Source: Acidimicrobiia bacterium (lineage in GTDB: Bacteria; Actinomycetota; Acidimicrobiia; Spongiisociales; JAOTWH01). From it: 25,968 nt of DNA. Below, in pieces: positions 1 to 8,885 of this stretch. Positions within the stretch are counted from its first letter, which is position 1. Every line of letters starts with the position of its first letter. The DNA is taken from NCBI GenBank assembly GCA_041609395.1, contig JBFIQU010000001.1, positions 1 through 25,968 on the forward strand, given 5' to 3'. The translations under genes and the position numbers were made by a program. The notes beneath the pieces are model-generated. The model made no database searches, was not told where the DNA came from, and saw only the letters and a list, made by a program, of their open reading frames with translations.

Positions 1-1037
1 CGGCTGCGCCGGGCTTGCCACCCTTGCACGAACAGCACGGACAGCACGAGCACTCCCTGGACGACACCGGCGAACGCTGAGTCGAGGCCGAGGCGCAACT
101 GCAGCTGGGAACTCCCCACGGTCACGGCGGCGAAGAACAGTGCGATCGGCGCCACCCATTTGGCCTTGAAGCCGGCCAGGAGCGCGATCAGGATCGCCAG
201 GTACCCGAAGCCGCCGGATACGGCAGGCACGAAGCGACCGTGAAACCCGGTGGTGCGGACCCCACCGGCGATCCCGGCCATGAGCCCGCCGATCACGAAC
301 GCCGCCAGCAGGTAGCGCACCGTGGGGATGCCCAGCAAATGTGAGCTCTTCATGCTTTGACCCACTGCCCGCAGCCGCAATCCGAAGCTCGTTCCACGCA
401 GGAGGTAGTAGACGGCCACGACGGCAGCCACCGTTACGACGAGGGCCACCGGCGAAACCCGCAGATCACCGAGCGTGGGTAACAGTGCGCCCTCCGGGTA
501 GGGATCGGTACCCGACGTCGACGCCACTCCGGTACGGGACCACGGTCCGATGACGAGATAGATGGCGATGCCTTCGGCCACGAACGTCAGGCCGAGACCG
601 CCGAAGATCTCGTTGACCCTGCCGTAGACCCGGAGCAGCCCGGCCAGCAACGCCCACAACCCACCCGCCACCGCAGCGGCAACGATGGTGAGGGCGACGA
701 CCATCCATGATGGACCCGAAACTTCGCGAGCCACGAAGGCGGCGCCGATGGCGCCGGCGATCACCTGACCCTCGACACCGATGTTCCACATTCCGGCGGT
801 GAAGGTGACCACCAGCCCGATCGCGGCCAGCGTCAGCGGCACCCACGCCACCAGGGTGTCGGCGATCTTCTCCGTCGAGCCGAACGAGCCGTCGTAGAGC
901 GCGTCGGCCGCCTCGAGCGGGTTCTCGCCGAGTATCAGCAGCAGGACGCCGGTGAACCCGAGTGCGACACCGACCGAGATGAGTCCGACCCGGTTCTTGG
1001 CCAGGCCCGAAGCGGCTTTACGGGCGACCACCGTCAT
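1..1037 (-). CDS. ABC transporter permease, nucleoside/sugar (BMP-associated) type; 3' end runs off the window
   Basis: My manual translation. The ATG at 1037 overlaps the ATPase stop (ATGA) and reads MTVVARKAASGLAKNRVGLISVGVALGFTGVLLLILGENPLEAADALYDGSFGS...FTAGMWNIGVEGQ...LRAVGQS...GFGYLAILIALL...LFVQGWQARRS. It is hydrophobic and has the typical WNIGxEGQ motif. It is absent from the ORF track because there is no stop inside the window. Confidence 0.9.
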   Translation of the reverse strand, partial: MTVVARKAASGLAKNRVGLISVGVALGFTGVLLLILGENPLEAADALYDGSFGSTEKIADTLVAWVPLTLAAIGLVVTFTAGMWNIGVEGQVIAGAIGAAFVAREVSGPSWMVVALTIVAAAVAGGLWALLAGLLRVYGRVNEIFGGLGLTFVAEGIAIYLVIGPWSRTGVASTSGTDPYPEGALLPTLGDLRVSPVALVVTVAAVVAVYYLLRGTSFGLRLRAVGQSMKSSHLLGIPTVRYLLAAFVIGGLMAGIAGGVRTTGFHGRFVPAVSGGFGYLAILIALLAGFKAKWVAPIALFFAAVTVGSSQLQLRLGLDSAFAGVVQGVLVLSVLFVQGWQARRS

Positions 1038-2491
1038 CTCCGCCGTCCCCCGATGAGAAGGCCGAGGTCGTCGACGGTGGCCGTGGACCTGTCGATGATC
1101 TCGAGGATCTGCCCGGAGAAGAACACGGCGATCCGATCCGAGTACTGCAGCAACTCGTCGAGGTCGGCCGACGCGAATGCAATAGCCGTGCCGTCGTCGC
1201 GGCGCGCCAGCAGCTGTTCCCACACCCAGTTGGCCGAGGCGATGTCGAGCCCCCGGGTCGGGTGCTCCATCAGCAGGAGCTCGAGTTGCGGTCGCAACAT
1301 GGCGAGCAGCAGACGCTGCTGGTTGCCGCCGGAGAGCGCTTCGGCCATCGAGCCCGGCACTCCCTTGATCGAGTAGTGCTCGATGCTCGATGCCGCCTGC
1401 GACTCGGCCTCGTCCCAATCGACGAAGAACGGCTGATCGTCACCGGCGAGGAAGAAGTGCTCGGTGATGGTCAGTCCCCGGACCAAACCCTCCTCGAGGC
1501 GACCGGCCGGGAGATACCGCACTCCGGCGTCGAGGAAGTGCCGGTAGCTCTTGCCTCCCAGCGACCGGCCCCCGATCCGCAGTACGCCCGACAGCGGCGC
1601 ATCCAGCCCGGCGCAGGCTCGTAGCAGCACCTGCTGGCCGCTGCCTTCGAGGCCGGCCAGTCCCAACACTTCCCCTGCGGCCACCTCGAGCGATATCCCG
1701 CTCATCTCCAGCAACCGGTCCCGGAGAGTGAGGTCGACGCACTCGAGTGCGGGTTCACCCAGCGGAACGTCGCTCCTCGCTCCGATCTCGATCGGTTGCC
1801 CGAACATCAGGGTGACCAGCTCGGCCACGGGGCACGGCAGCTCCCGATCGCCGACGGTCTTGCCCGCACGCATCACGGTGACGCGCTCGCACAGCTCTTC
1901 GACCTCTTCCAGCTTGTGCGAGACGAACACCACACTCATGCCGTGCCCGGCCAGCTCACGCAATGTGGCGAACAGCTTTTCCCGCTGAGTCGCGGAGATC
2001 CCGGTGGTGGGCTCGTCCAGGATCAGCAGCTTGACGCCCAGCCACAGCAGACGCACGATCTCGAGCTGCTGCCGCTCTCCAACGGTGAGCGTTCGCACGG
2101 GTGCTTCCGGGTCGAACGAGAACCCGAACTGTCCGGCCAGGTCGTTCAGTTCGCGGCGGGCGGCGGAGCGGTTGAGGCGACCACCGGCGGCCAGCAGGAA
2201 GTTGTCGAGAACGCTCATTGGCAGGAACACCAGCGGGTCCTGGTGCAACATGCCGATGCCGTGGGCGATGGCGTCTTGCGGAGTGGCGATGGTCACCGGC
2301 CTCCCGTCGACGAGGATCTCCCCACCGTCGGCCTGCTGATACCCGGACAGGATCTTCATGAGGGTCGACTTGCCGGCGCCGTTCTCGCCGAGGAGACCGT
2401 GCAGGGTCCCGGAGGCGACGGTGAGGTCGACCCCGTCGTTGGCGCGCACCGGCCCGAAGTGCTTCCGAATGCCCCGCAGCTCCACGCCCAT
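1034..2491 (-). CDS. ABC transporter ATP-binding protein with two NBDs (sugar/nucleoside family)
   Basis: Walker A GENGAGKST, LILDEPT, SHKL H-loop, second-domain LSGGNQQ signature and EHPTRGLD. Confidence 0.95.
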   Translation of the reverse strand: MGVELRGIRKHFGPVRANDGVDLTVASGTLHGLLGENGAGKSTLMKILSGYQQADGGEILVDGRPVTIATPQDAIAHGIGMLHQDPLVFLPMSVLDNFLLAAGGRLNRSAARRELNDLAGQFGFSFDPEAPVRTLTVGERQQLEIVRLLWLGVKLLILDEPTTGISATQREKLFATLRELAGHGMSVVFVSHKLEEVEELCERVTVMRAGKTVGDRELPCPVAELVTLMFGQPIEIGARSDVPLGEPALECVDLTLRDRLLEMSGISLEVAAGEVLGLAGLEGSGQQVLLRACAGLDAPLSGVLRIGGRSLGGKSYRHFLDAGVRYLPAGRLEEGLVRGLTITEHFFLAGDDQPFFVDWDEAESQAASSIEHYSIKGVPGSMAEALSGGNQQRLLLAMLRPQLELLLMEHPTRGLDIASANWVWEQLLARRDDGTAIAFASADLDELLQYSDRIAVFFSGQILEIIDRSTATVDDLGLLIGGRRR

Positions 2492-2498
2492 CGCCCGG

Positions 2499-2504
2499 AG
2501 GCTA
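2499..2504 (-). promoter_or_regulatory. Putative -10 element TAGCCT for a leaderless transcript of the ABC ATPase
   Basis: Minus strand reads TAGCCT-CCGGGCG-ATG (TANNNT, 7 nt, start), with no Shine-Dalgarno before the ATG. Confidence 0.55.
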
Positions 2505-2525
2505 GATCGGAGGACCCCTGGATAT

Positions 2526-2555
2526 CCAGAGGGGCCCCGGTATGGGCCCCTCTGG
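2526..2555. terminator. Perfect 12-bp GC-rich hairpin after the binding-protein gene (terminator or mRNA-stabilising stem)
   Basis: CCAGAGGGGCCC-cggtat-GGGCCCCTCTGG, starting 22 nt past the BMP stop. There is no U-tract. Confidence 0.6.
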
Positions 2556-2577
2556 TGACTCGGCTACCGCAACGGCG

Positions 2578-3774
2578 CTATTCGCTGGCGCCCACCATGC
2601 CTTCGAGCAGCTGTTCGGTGTACCAGATCTCGAAATCGGTCGCTTCCTCACCGTCGGCCAGCCACTGGGTGCCGTCCTGGTAGTTCAGCGGTCCGGTGAA
2701 CAGGTTGATGTCGCCGTCGGCGAGACCGCTGATGAAGTCGTCGAGATCGTCCTGGGCACCTGCCGGCAGCCCGTCGCCGTCGACCCAGCCGATGGCGGTC
2801 TTCGTCTTGTCGTTGATGTCGTCCCAGTCCGGGTCGAGCCACACCCACGTCGACTCGAAGTCGTCGGTGATCACCGATTCCGCGATCTCGAGATAGGCCG
2901 GTCCCCAGTTGAAGTACGGAGTTCCCAGGCACCGTTCCGGGGCCTCGTTGCAGGCACCCTCGAAGTCGTACGGCACGGCCCACACGTCTTCGCCGGCGGC
3001 GGCACGCTGGCCGGCCACGACGATCGCCTCGGTCGTGTCGATGCCCGAGATCACCACATCGGCACCGCCCCCGAAGAAGTCGTTGGCGACCTGGGTCGGG
3101 CTGAGCGTGACTCCCGGGATCTCGAACCAGAACCCGATCCAGGTGACCTGGAACTCGAGATCGTCCGCATTCAGCCCCCGGTATTCGTCGTAGCAATAGC
3201 GGGCTCCGAGGTACGCGGAGTTCGCCAGGCGCCGGGTTTCGTCGTTGATGAGCGGGCCGAGGTAGGCGAGTGAACCGCTCTGGGTCGTCAGCGCCGCCGC
3301 GCAGCCCGCAATCATCTTGCCGAACTCCATCTTGCCCATCACGTTGCCCAGATTGCCGACGTCCACGAACGCTTTGCCGTCCTGCCAGGCGCTGTCCCCC
3401 GACGCCCAGATCATGGGTGTATCCGGGAACTTGGGAGCAACTTCCTTTATCTCGTCCTGGTCGTCCGAGGTAGCGAAGACCAGCTCGGCCCCGGCGGCGA
3501 TCATGTCACCGACGACCTGTTCGACCGTGGTGCCGGGGTTCACCGCGTCGTTGAGGTTCTCGAACAGGATCATCTCGGCTCCGAGTTCCTGCTCGACGTA
3601 CTCCCCCGCCTCGAAGTGTGCCTGGCTCCAGCCGCGATCGTCCTTGGATCCGACGAGGATCATTCCGAACTTGAAGCCTTCCCCCGAGACATCGTCGTCA
3701 CCACACGCCGATGCCACCAGGAGGAACGCGGTCATGACCACGAACAAGGACACATACCACTTACGCGTCCGCAT
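2578..3774 (-). CDS. BMP-family ABC substrate-binding lipoprotein (probably nucleoside/purine)
   Basis: Signal peptide with lipobox VASAC, then D..W..AH, LVFATS, GKMIAG, GxDVV...D motifs. RBS GGAGG precedes the ATG, and the ATPase and permease follow. Confidence 0.88.
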   Translation of the reverse strand: MRTRKWYVSLFVVMTAFLLVASACGDDDVSGEGFKFGMILVGSKDDRGWSQAHFEAGEYVEQELGAEMILFENLNDAVNPGTTVEQVVGDMIAAGAELVFATSDDQDEIKEVAPKFPDTPMIWASGDSAWQDGKAFVDVGNLGNVMGKMEFGKMIAGCAAALTTQSGSLAYLGPLINDETRRLANSAYLGARYCYDEYRGLNADDLEFQVTWIGFWFEIPGVTLSPTQVANDFFGGGADVVISGIDTTEAIVVAGQRAAAGEDVWAVPYDFEGACNEAPERCLGTPYFNWGPAYLEIAESVITDDFESTWVWLDPDWDDINDKTKTAIGWVDGDGLPAGAQDDLDDFISGLADGDINLFTGPLNYQDGTQWLADGEEATDFEIWYTEQLLEGMVGASE

Positions 3775-3910
3775 GTTTCTTCCTCCGATGTTCTCCGCCC
3801 GCCGAGCCGTCGTGGGGGACGGCCCCTTGTTTTGGCTGAATCTCAGTCAACCTGTCGCCCGAATCTAACGCCTGCGCGGAGTCGTTCGCCAGGGCCGGAC
3901 GACCGGGGTC

Positions 3911-6799
3911 GTGGGCGCGGGGCGGGCTCCTCCGATACGCTCCGCATGGAAATCATGGGAGGCGGCGATCGCGACCCGCGACACCGATGTCGGAACCAAC
4001 CGCGAAACGATCCACTGCGCGCTGCTCTTTGCGGACATGGAGGGCTCCACGCAGCTCCTGAAACGAATCGGCCCTGCATATCCGTCGGTCCTGGAGCGCT
4101 ACCAGGAACTCATCGGCAGCATCGTCACCGGGTGCGACGGAACCACGGTGACGACGGAAGGTGACGGATACTTCGCCACACTGCCATCGTCGATCGCCGC
4201 CGTCCGGGCCGCCCTCTCGATTGCTGCTGCGCTCCGGGATGAACCGTGGCCCCTCGACGAGACCGTTCGGGCCCGAATCGGCATCCACTCCGGCGACATC
4301 GTGCCCTCGCCCGCCGGGCCCATCGGCCTCGACATCCATCGGGCGGCCCGGCTGGGAGCCGCCGGTCACGGGGGTCAGATCCTTGCAACCGGGGCCGTCG
4401 TGGACGAGTGCCGGGTCCTCGGTGACGTCGAGTTCGTGGACCTCGGCATGCACCGGTTCAAGGATCTCGACATCCCCGAACACGTCTACCAGGTCGTCCC
4501 CGACGGTACGACGGTGTCGTTTCCGCCGATCCGCTCCCTGCCGGCAGAACACACGAACTTGCCGCTCCAAACCACCAGCTTCGTCGGGAGGGACGCCGAC
4601 CTCGAATCCGTGATTCCGCTGCTCACCGATACCCGGTTGCTGACCCTGACGGGACCCGGCGGCGCCGGCAAGACCAGACTCGCCGTCCAGGCCGCCTCCC
4701 AGGTGTTGACCGACTATCCCGACGGCGTATGGCTCGTCGAGCTCGCACCCGTCTCCGACCCCGACCTCGTTGCGGCGCGCGTTGCCGCCGCCGCAGGTGC
4801 GGATACCGGGGGAGGAGACGCAACGGCGGCCCTCGTCGACCATCTACGGGAGCGCAGCGTGCTGCTGCTGCTGGACAACTGCGAGCATCTGGTCTCGGCC
4901 GCAGCCGCGCTGGCCAACACTCTGTTGACAACCTGCCGCCGGGTTCGAGTCGTCGCGACGAGCCGAATCCCGCTGCAGGTCCCCGGTGAGCAGCTGTGGG
5001 AGGTCGGGCCGATCGCCGATCCCGAGGACGCGGCCCGGCTGTTCGTCGAGCGAGTGCGCGGCTCCGTTCCCGGGTTCGCGTTCGACGCCGCCTCGCTGAG
5101 TTCGGTGCGGAGGATCTGCGATCGTCTCGACAGGCTTCCCCTTGCCATCGAACTCGCCGCGGTGCGGGTCCGCACCCTCGGTCTCGCCGACCTCGAGAAC
5201 CGGCTCGAGGATCGCTTTTCGCTTCTCACCGGGGGCGCCGTAACGGACGTGGTCCACCACCGCACCCTGCAGGCGACGGTGGATTGGAGCTACGACCTCC
5301 TAACCGAGGTGGAGCAGCGGTGCCTGTCCCGGCTCGCCGTGTTCCGGGGTCCGTTCGACCTCAAGGCCGCAGAGGACGTGTGCACCGGCCCCGGTGTGGA
5401 AGCCCGGCTGATTCTGGACGCCGTCGACCACCTGGTGATGGTCTCGCTGGTGGCGGTACAGAGCGGCGGGCGCTTCCGGCTGCTGGAGACGATCCGGGAC
5501 TACGCCATGTCCCGCCTCCAGGACTCCGGAGACGTCGCGGCGGCTGCGCAGCGGCATTTCGACCACTTTCGCCTCCTGGCCGGTGACGGGGGCGACGGGA
5601 TGTCGGGCGAGGAGCTCGCCGACTGGCTGACATCCCTCGCCCGCGACCACGACAACTTCTCGGCCGCCGTCCAGTTCGCCCTCGAGTCTGGGGACCGGCC
5701 CGCAGCGGTGGGGCTGACCGGCGCCCTGGGCAGGTACTGGTACCGGCGGGGGCACCTGGCCGAGGGGCTCACCTTGCTGCAGCGAGCTCTCGCAGGCTGG
5801 CACGATCCGCCGGAACTGGACACGGCGCGAGCATTGCGCTTCGCCGGCGGCCTTGCCGCCGAGGCGGGAGAGCTCGACCTGGCAGAGTCGTTCCTCGAGC
5901 GAGAAGAGGTCGTGTCCCGCAAGATCGGCCGGCCGCTGCTGGTCGCGCGTTCGTTGAACGCCGCCGCCGGCGTGGCGTGGCGCCGGCTCCAGCTTCGCCG
6001 CGCCGCATCTCTGTACGAGGAGGCGCTGGCGCTCCCAACGATCGACGCCGATCCTTTTTCGTTCCGGCTTCTGACGAACCTGACGACGGTCCTTCTCGCC
6101 GCCGGGGACGTGGACGGGGCTCGCGTCGCGCGCCGCCGCCAGGACGAAGCAGGACGCCGTTTCGAGCCGCCGGACGGCGGACCCATCGTGGATCACACCC
6201 GCGGCGTCATGGCCTACGCCGAAGGCCGGCTCGACGATTCGATCGCGGCCCTGGAGCGGGCCCGGACCCGGCTCGAGAGCTCATCCTTCGCTCCGATGGT
6301 GGCCAAAATTGACCAGGATCTCGCCACGACGCACCTGGCGGCGGGCAACATCCGATCGGCCTTCGAGGCGGCCGAGCGGTCGCATCGCGAGTACTACGAC
6401 CAGGGGGCCCGCGCCAACACCGCCCGATCACTCGCGCTCATGGCAACCGCCCATCACCGCCTCGGCAACACACCGGCCGCCGGCGCCGAGATCCGGGAGG
6501 CCCTCGAGCTGGCAATCCGGGGCAGCCACACCGAGGAGATCATCGTTGCTTCGCTCTACCTGGGCGAGATCGCAGCCGACCGAATGCCGGCCTCCGTCGC
6601 CGCCGTGGTCGCGTTCATCGACCAGGCGCTCAGCAGTGTGGATTTCGTGCTGGCCCCGGACGACGCCACCGGCCTGGATCGCCTCCGGGAGGCCGCCGGC
6701 ACGCCGCGGGCTCCGGTTCCCTCGCTCTCGGACCTCCTCCACCTGGCACGGCAGATCGACGAGGCCGCTCATGCAGGGCAAGCGACAGCAAGCCCCTAA
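3911..6799 (+). CDS. Class III adenylate/guanylate cyclase domain + STAND (NB-ARC-like) ATPase + TPR-like repeats; start uncertain
   Basis: Cyclase motifs LFADMEGST, TEGDGYF, RIGIHSG and GLDIHRAARL; NLP linker; Walker A GPGGAGKT; Walker B LLLLDNCEH; LDRLPLAIELAA; FRLLETIRDY; helical C-terminus with no LuxR HTH. Confidence 0.88.
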   Translation: MGAGRAPPIRSAWKSWEAAIATRDTDVGTNRETIHCALLFADMEGSTQLLKRIGPAYPSVLERYQELIGSIVTGCDGTTVTTEGDGYFATLPSSIAAVRAALSIAAALRDEPWPLDETVRARIGIHSGDIVPSPAGPIGLDIHRAARLGAAGHGGQILATGAVVDECRVLGDVEFVDLGMHRFKDLDIPEHVYQVVPDGTTVSFPPIRSLPAEHTNLPLQTTSFVGRDADLESVIPLLTDTRLLTLTGPGGAGKTRLAVQAASQVLTDYPDGVWLVELAPVSDPDLVAARVAAAAGADTGGGDATAALVDHLRERSVLLLLDNCEHLVSAAAALANTLLTTCRRVRVVATSRIPLQVPGEQLWEVGPIADPEDAARLFVERVRGSVPGFAFDAASLSSVRRICDRLDRLPLAIELAAVRVRTLGLADLENRLEDRFSLLTGGAVTDVVHHRTLQATVDWSYDLLTEVEQRCLSRLAVFRGPFDLKAAEDVCTGPGVEARLILDAVDHLVMVSLVAVQSGGRFRLLETIRDYAMSRLQDSGDVAAAAQRHFDHFRLLAGDGGDGMSGEELADWLTSLARDHDNFSAAVQFALESGDRPAAVGLTGALGRYWYRRGHLAEGLTLLQRALAGWHDPPELDTARALRFAGGLAAEAGELDLAESFLEREEVVSRKIGRPLLVARSLNAAAGVAWRRLQLRRAASLYEEALALPTIDADPFSFRLLTNLTTVLLAAGDVDGARVARRRQDEAGRRFEPPDGGPIVDHTRGVMAYAEGRLDDSIAALERARTRLESSSFAPMVAKIDQDLATTHLAAGNIRSAFEAAERSHREYYDQGARANTARSLALMATAHHRLGNTPAAGAEIREALELAIRGSHTEEIIVASLYLGEIAADRMPASVAAVVAFIDQALSSVDFVLAPDDATGLDRLREAAGTPRAPVPSLSDLLHLARQIDEAAHAGQATASP

Positions 6800-6827
6800 G
6801 CTGCCAACGCCACGACGAGAGGACCAC

Positions 6828-7337
6828 ATGGCCCCCCAGTACGCATCGCCGCCCGACTTCGCGCTCGATCTCGACAAGGCGTACCAGGCGGTGCTCCATA
6901 CCAATCACGGCGACATCACCGTCGATCTGCTCGCCACCGAGGCACCCAGCACGGTCAACAACTTCGTGTTCCTGGCCCGGGACGGTTTCTACGACGGGGT
7001 CATCTTCCACCGCGTCATCTCCGGATTCATGATCCAGGGCGGCGATCCGACGGGAACCGGACGGGGCGGCCCCGGCTACCGGTTCGCCGACGAACTCGAG
7101 GGGGACGGCCGCTACTCGCGGGGAACCGTTGCCATGGCCAACGCAGGGCCGAACACGAACGGATCCCAGTTCTTCATCATGCACCAGGACTACGGACTGC
7201 CCCACAACTACTCGATCTTCGGCAAGGTCAGCAGTGGGATGGACGCAGTCGACGCGATCGCAGCATCCGACACGGACGGCTCCGATCGGCCCCGTCAGGA
7301 GTGCGTGATCACCTCGGTCGACATCATCGAGAGCTGA
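6828..7337 (+). CDS. Cyclophilin-type peptidyl-prolyl cis-trans isomerase
   Basis: FHRVISGFMIQGGDPTGTG and GTVAMANAGPNTNGSQFFI motifs. The real start is the ATG at 6828 after RBS GAGAGG (MAPQYASPP...), not 6309. Confidence 0.95.
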   Translation: MAPQYASPPDFALDLDKAYQAVLHTNHGDITVDLLATEAPSTVNNFVFLARDGFYDGVIFHRVISGFMIQGGDPTGTGRGGPGYRFADELEGDGRYSRGTVAMANAGPNTNGSQFFIMHQDYGLPHNYSIFGKVSSGMDAVDAIAASDTDGSDRPRQECVITSVDIIES

Positions 7338-7343
7338 CGGGCA

Positions 7344-7673
7344 TCACAGTTCGAGGTCGGCGGCCTTGTCGTCGGTCATGAGCTCGTAGAACTCGATCCA
7401 GCTGTCCACCGACGATTCTCGCAACAGGGCACCCAGCTCGGAGAGACCCTGCGGGAAGGTGTTTCCGGCCCGGTACGGTGACTCGATGACATCCTCGGTC
7501 CACTCCATCACGACGATGTTTCGCTCTCCCGGCAAGGTGCCGCCGTTGAAGTAGACGGTGGTGGCCGACCGTTGACCCGCCTCCTCGTAGGCTTTGCCGA
7601 CGATGGCGGCCGCCGTTGCGACCCGACGCGCCTCCCGCGGTTTGACGTGCCACACCCTTCGAATCAAATACAT
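7344..7673 (-). CDS. Hypothetical protein, 109 aa, third gene of the tdh-kbl operon
   Basis: RBS GAGGAG, 16 nt after the kbl stop. Normal globular composition, unlike the Arg/Pro-rich shadow ORFs. Confidence 0.75.
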   Translation of the reverse strand: MYLIRRVWHVKPREARRVATAAAIVGKAYEEAGQRSATTVYFNGGTLPGERNIVVMEWTEDVIESPYRAGNTFPQGLSELGALLRESSVDSWIEFYELMTDDKAADLEL

Positions 7674-7689
7674 CAGCGGCTCCTCGCGC

Positions 7690-8877
7690 TCAATCGATGA
7701 CCTCCAGTTCCTTTCCCACCGCGACGAACGCCGCCGCGCCGCGTTCCAGATCCTCGGCGGAGTGAGCCGCCGAGATCATCACCCGGATGCGGGCGGTTCC
7801 GAGCGGCACCGTTGGATACCCGATGGCCTGCGCAAACACGGCATGCTCGTCGAAGAGGCGCTTGCTGAACTGCTGTGCCAGTGCTGCATCTCCGATGATG
7901 ACGGGCGTTATCGGGGTCTCCGTGTGGCCGGTGTCGAACCCGGCGGCGTCCATCGCACTGCGAAACGCGGCCGCGTTGGCCCACAGCCGATCGACGAGTT
8001 CGGTCGACGACTCGAGGATCTCCACCGCCGCGATGCAGGCAGCGACATCGGGGGGGGTGACGGCCGAGGAGAACAGGAACGGGCGGGCTCGCTGCCGCAG
8101 CCATTCGATCAATACCCGGGGACCGGCAACGTATCCACCGACGGCACCAAACGCCTTCGACATCGTTCCCACCTCGACGTCGACGCGGCCGTGCAGCCCG
8201 AAGTGGTCGACAATGCCGCGACCGCCCTCGCCGAGCACCCCTTCCCCGTGGGCGTCGTCGACCATCACCATCGCTCCGACGTCCTCGGCCGCGGCGACGA
8301 TGCCGTCGAGCGGCGCGATGTCGCCGTCCATCGAAAACACTCCGTCGGTGATGATGAGGATGCGACGGGCTCCGTCGTCGCGCGCCTTGCCCAGCACCCT
8401 GCCCAACGCTGCGACGTCGGCGTGGTCGTAGATGTAGCGGCTCGCCTTGGTGAGACGGACCCCGTCGACGATCGACGCGTGGTTGAGCGCATCGGACACC
8501 ACGGCGTCGCCGTCTCCTACGAGCGCAGCGATCGTACCGACGTTCGCCACGAAGCCCGACTGGAGCGATATGGCGGCGTCCACTCCTTTGAATGCAGCGA
8601 GCTTCGCCTCGAGTTCATCGTGGATCGTCATCGTGCCGGCGATGGTGCGCACCGCGCCGGGACCGATCCCGAAGCGGTCGAGCGCCCGATGCGCTGCCGC
8701 CACCAGCCGGGGGTCATTGGCCAGACCCAGATAGTTGTTCGAACAGAAGTTCAGCGCCCGCCTGCCGTCGACGTCGAGCCACGCTCCCTGCGGTCCGTCC
8801 AGGTGCCGGATCGTCGTGTAGAGGCCGTCCCGCCGCAGCTCGTCGAGTTGATCGTGGAGAAATGTCAGGTCTGCCAT
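7690..8877 (-). CDS. kbl: Glycine C-acetyltransferase (2-amino-3-ketobutyrate CoA ligase), PLP-dependent
   Basis: [41 protein letters not shown] and the PLP lysine in GTMSKAFG. Lies directly downstream of tdh. Confidence 0.9.
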   Translation of the reverse strand: MADLTFLHDQLDELRRDGLYTTIRHLDGPQGAWLDVDGRRALNFCSNNYLGLANDPRLVAAAHRALDRFGIGPGAVRTIAGTMTIHDELEAKLAAFKGVDAAISLQSGFVANVGTIAALVGDGDAVVSDALNHASIVDGVRLTKASRYIYDHADVAALGRVLGKARDDGARRILIITDGVFSMDGDIAPLDGIVAAAEDVGAMVMVDDAHGEGVLGEGGRGIVDHFGLHGRVDVEVGTMSKAFGAVGGYVAGPRVLIEWLRQRARPFLFSSAVTPPDVAACIAAVEILESSTELVDRLWANAAAFRSAMDAAGFDTGHTETPITPVIIGDAALAQQFSKRLFDEHAVFAQAIGYPTVPLGTARIRVMISAAHSAEDLERGAAAFVAVGKELEVID

Positions 8878-8885
8878 TCATCACC

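Noticed and set aside
6309-6827. N-terminal extension of the cyclophilin ORF in the track
   Set aside because: It overlaps the STAND gene out of frame, has Arg/Pro-rich junk composition, and a good RBS+ATG exists at 6828.
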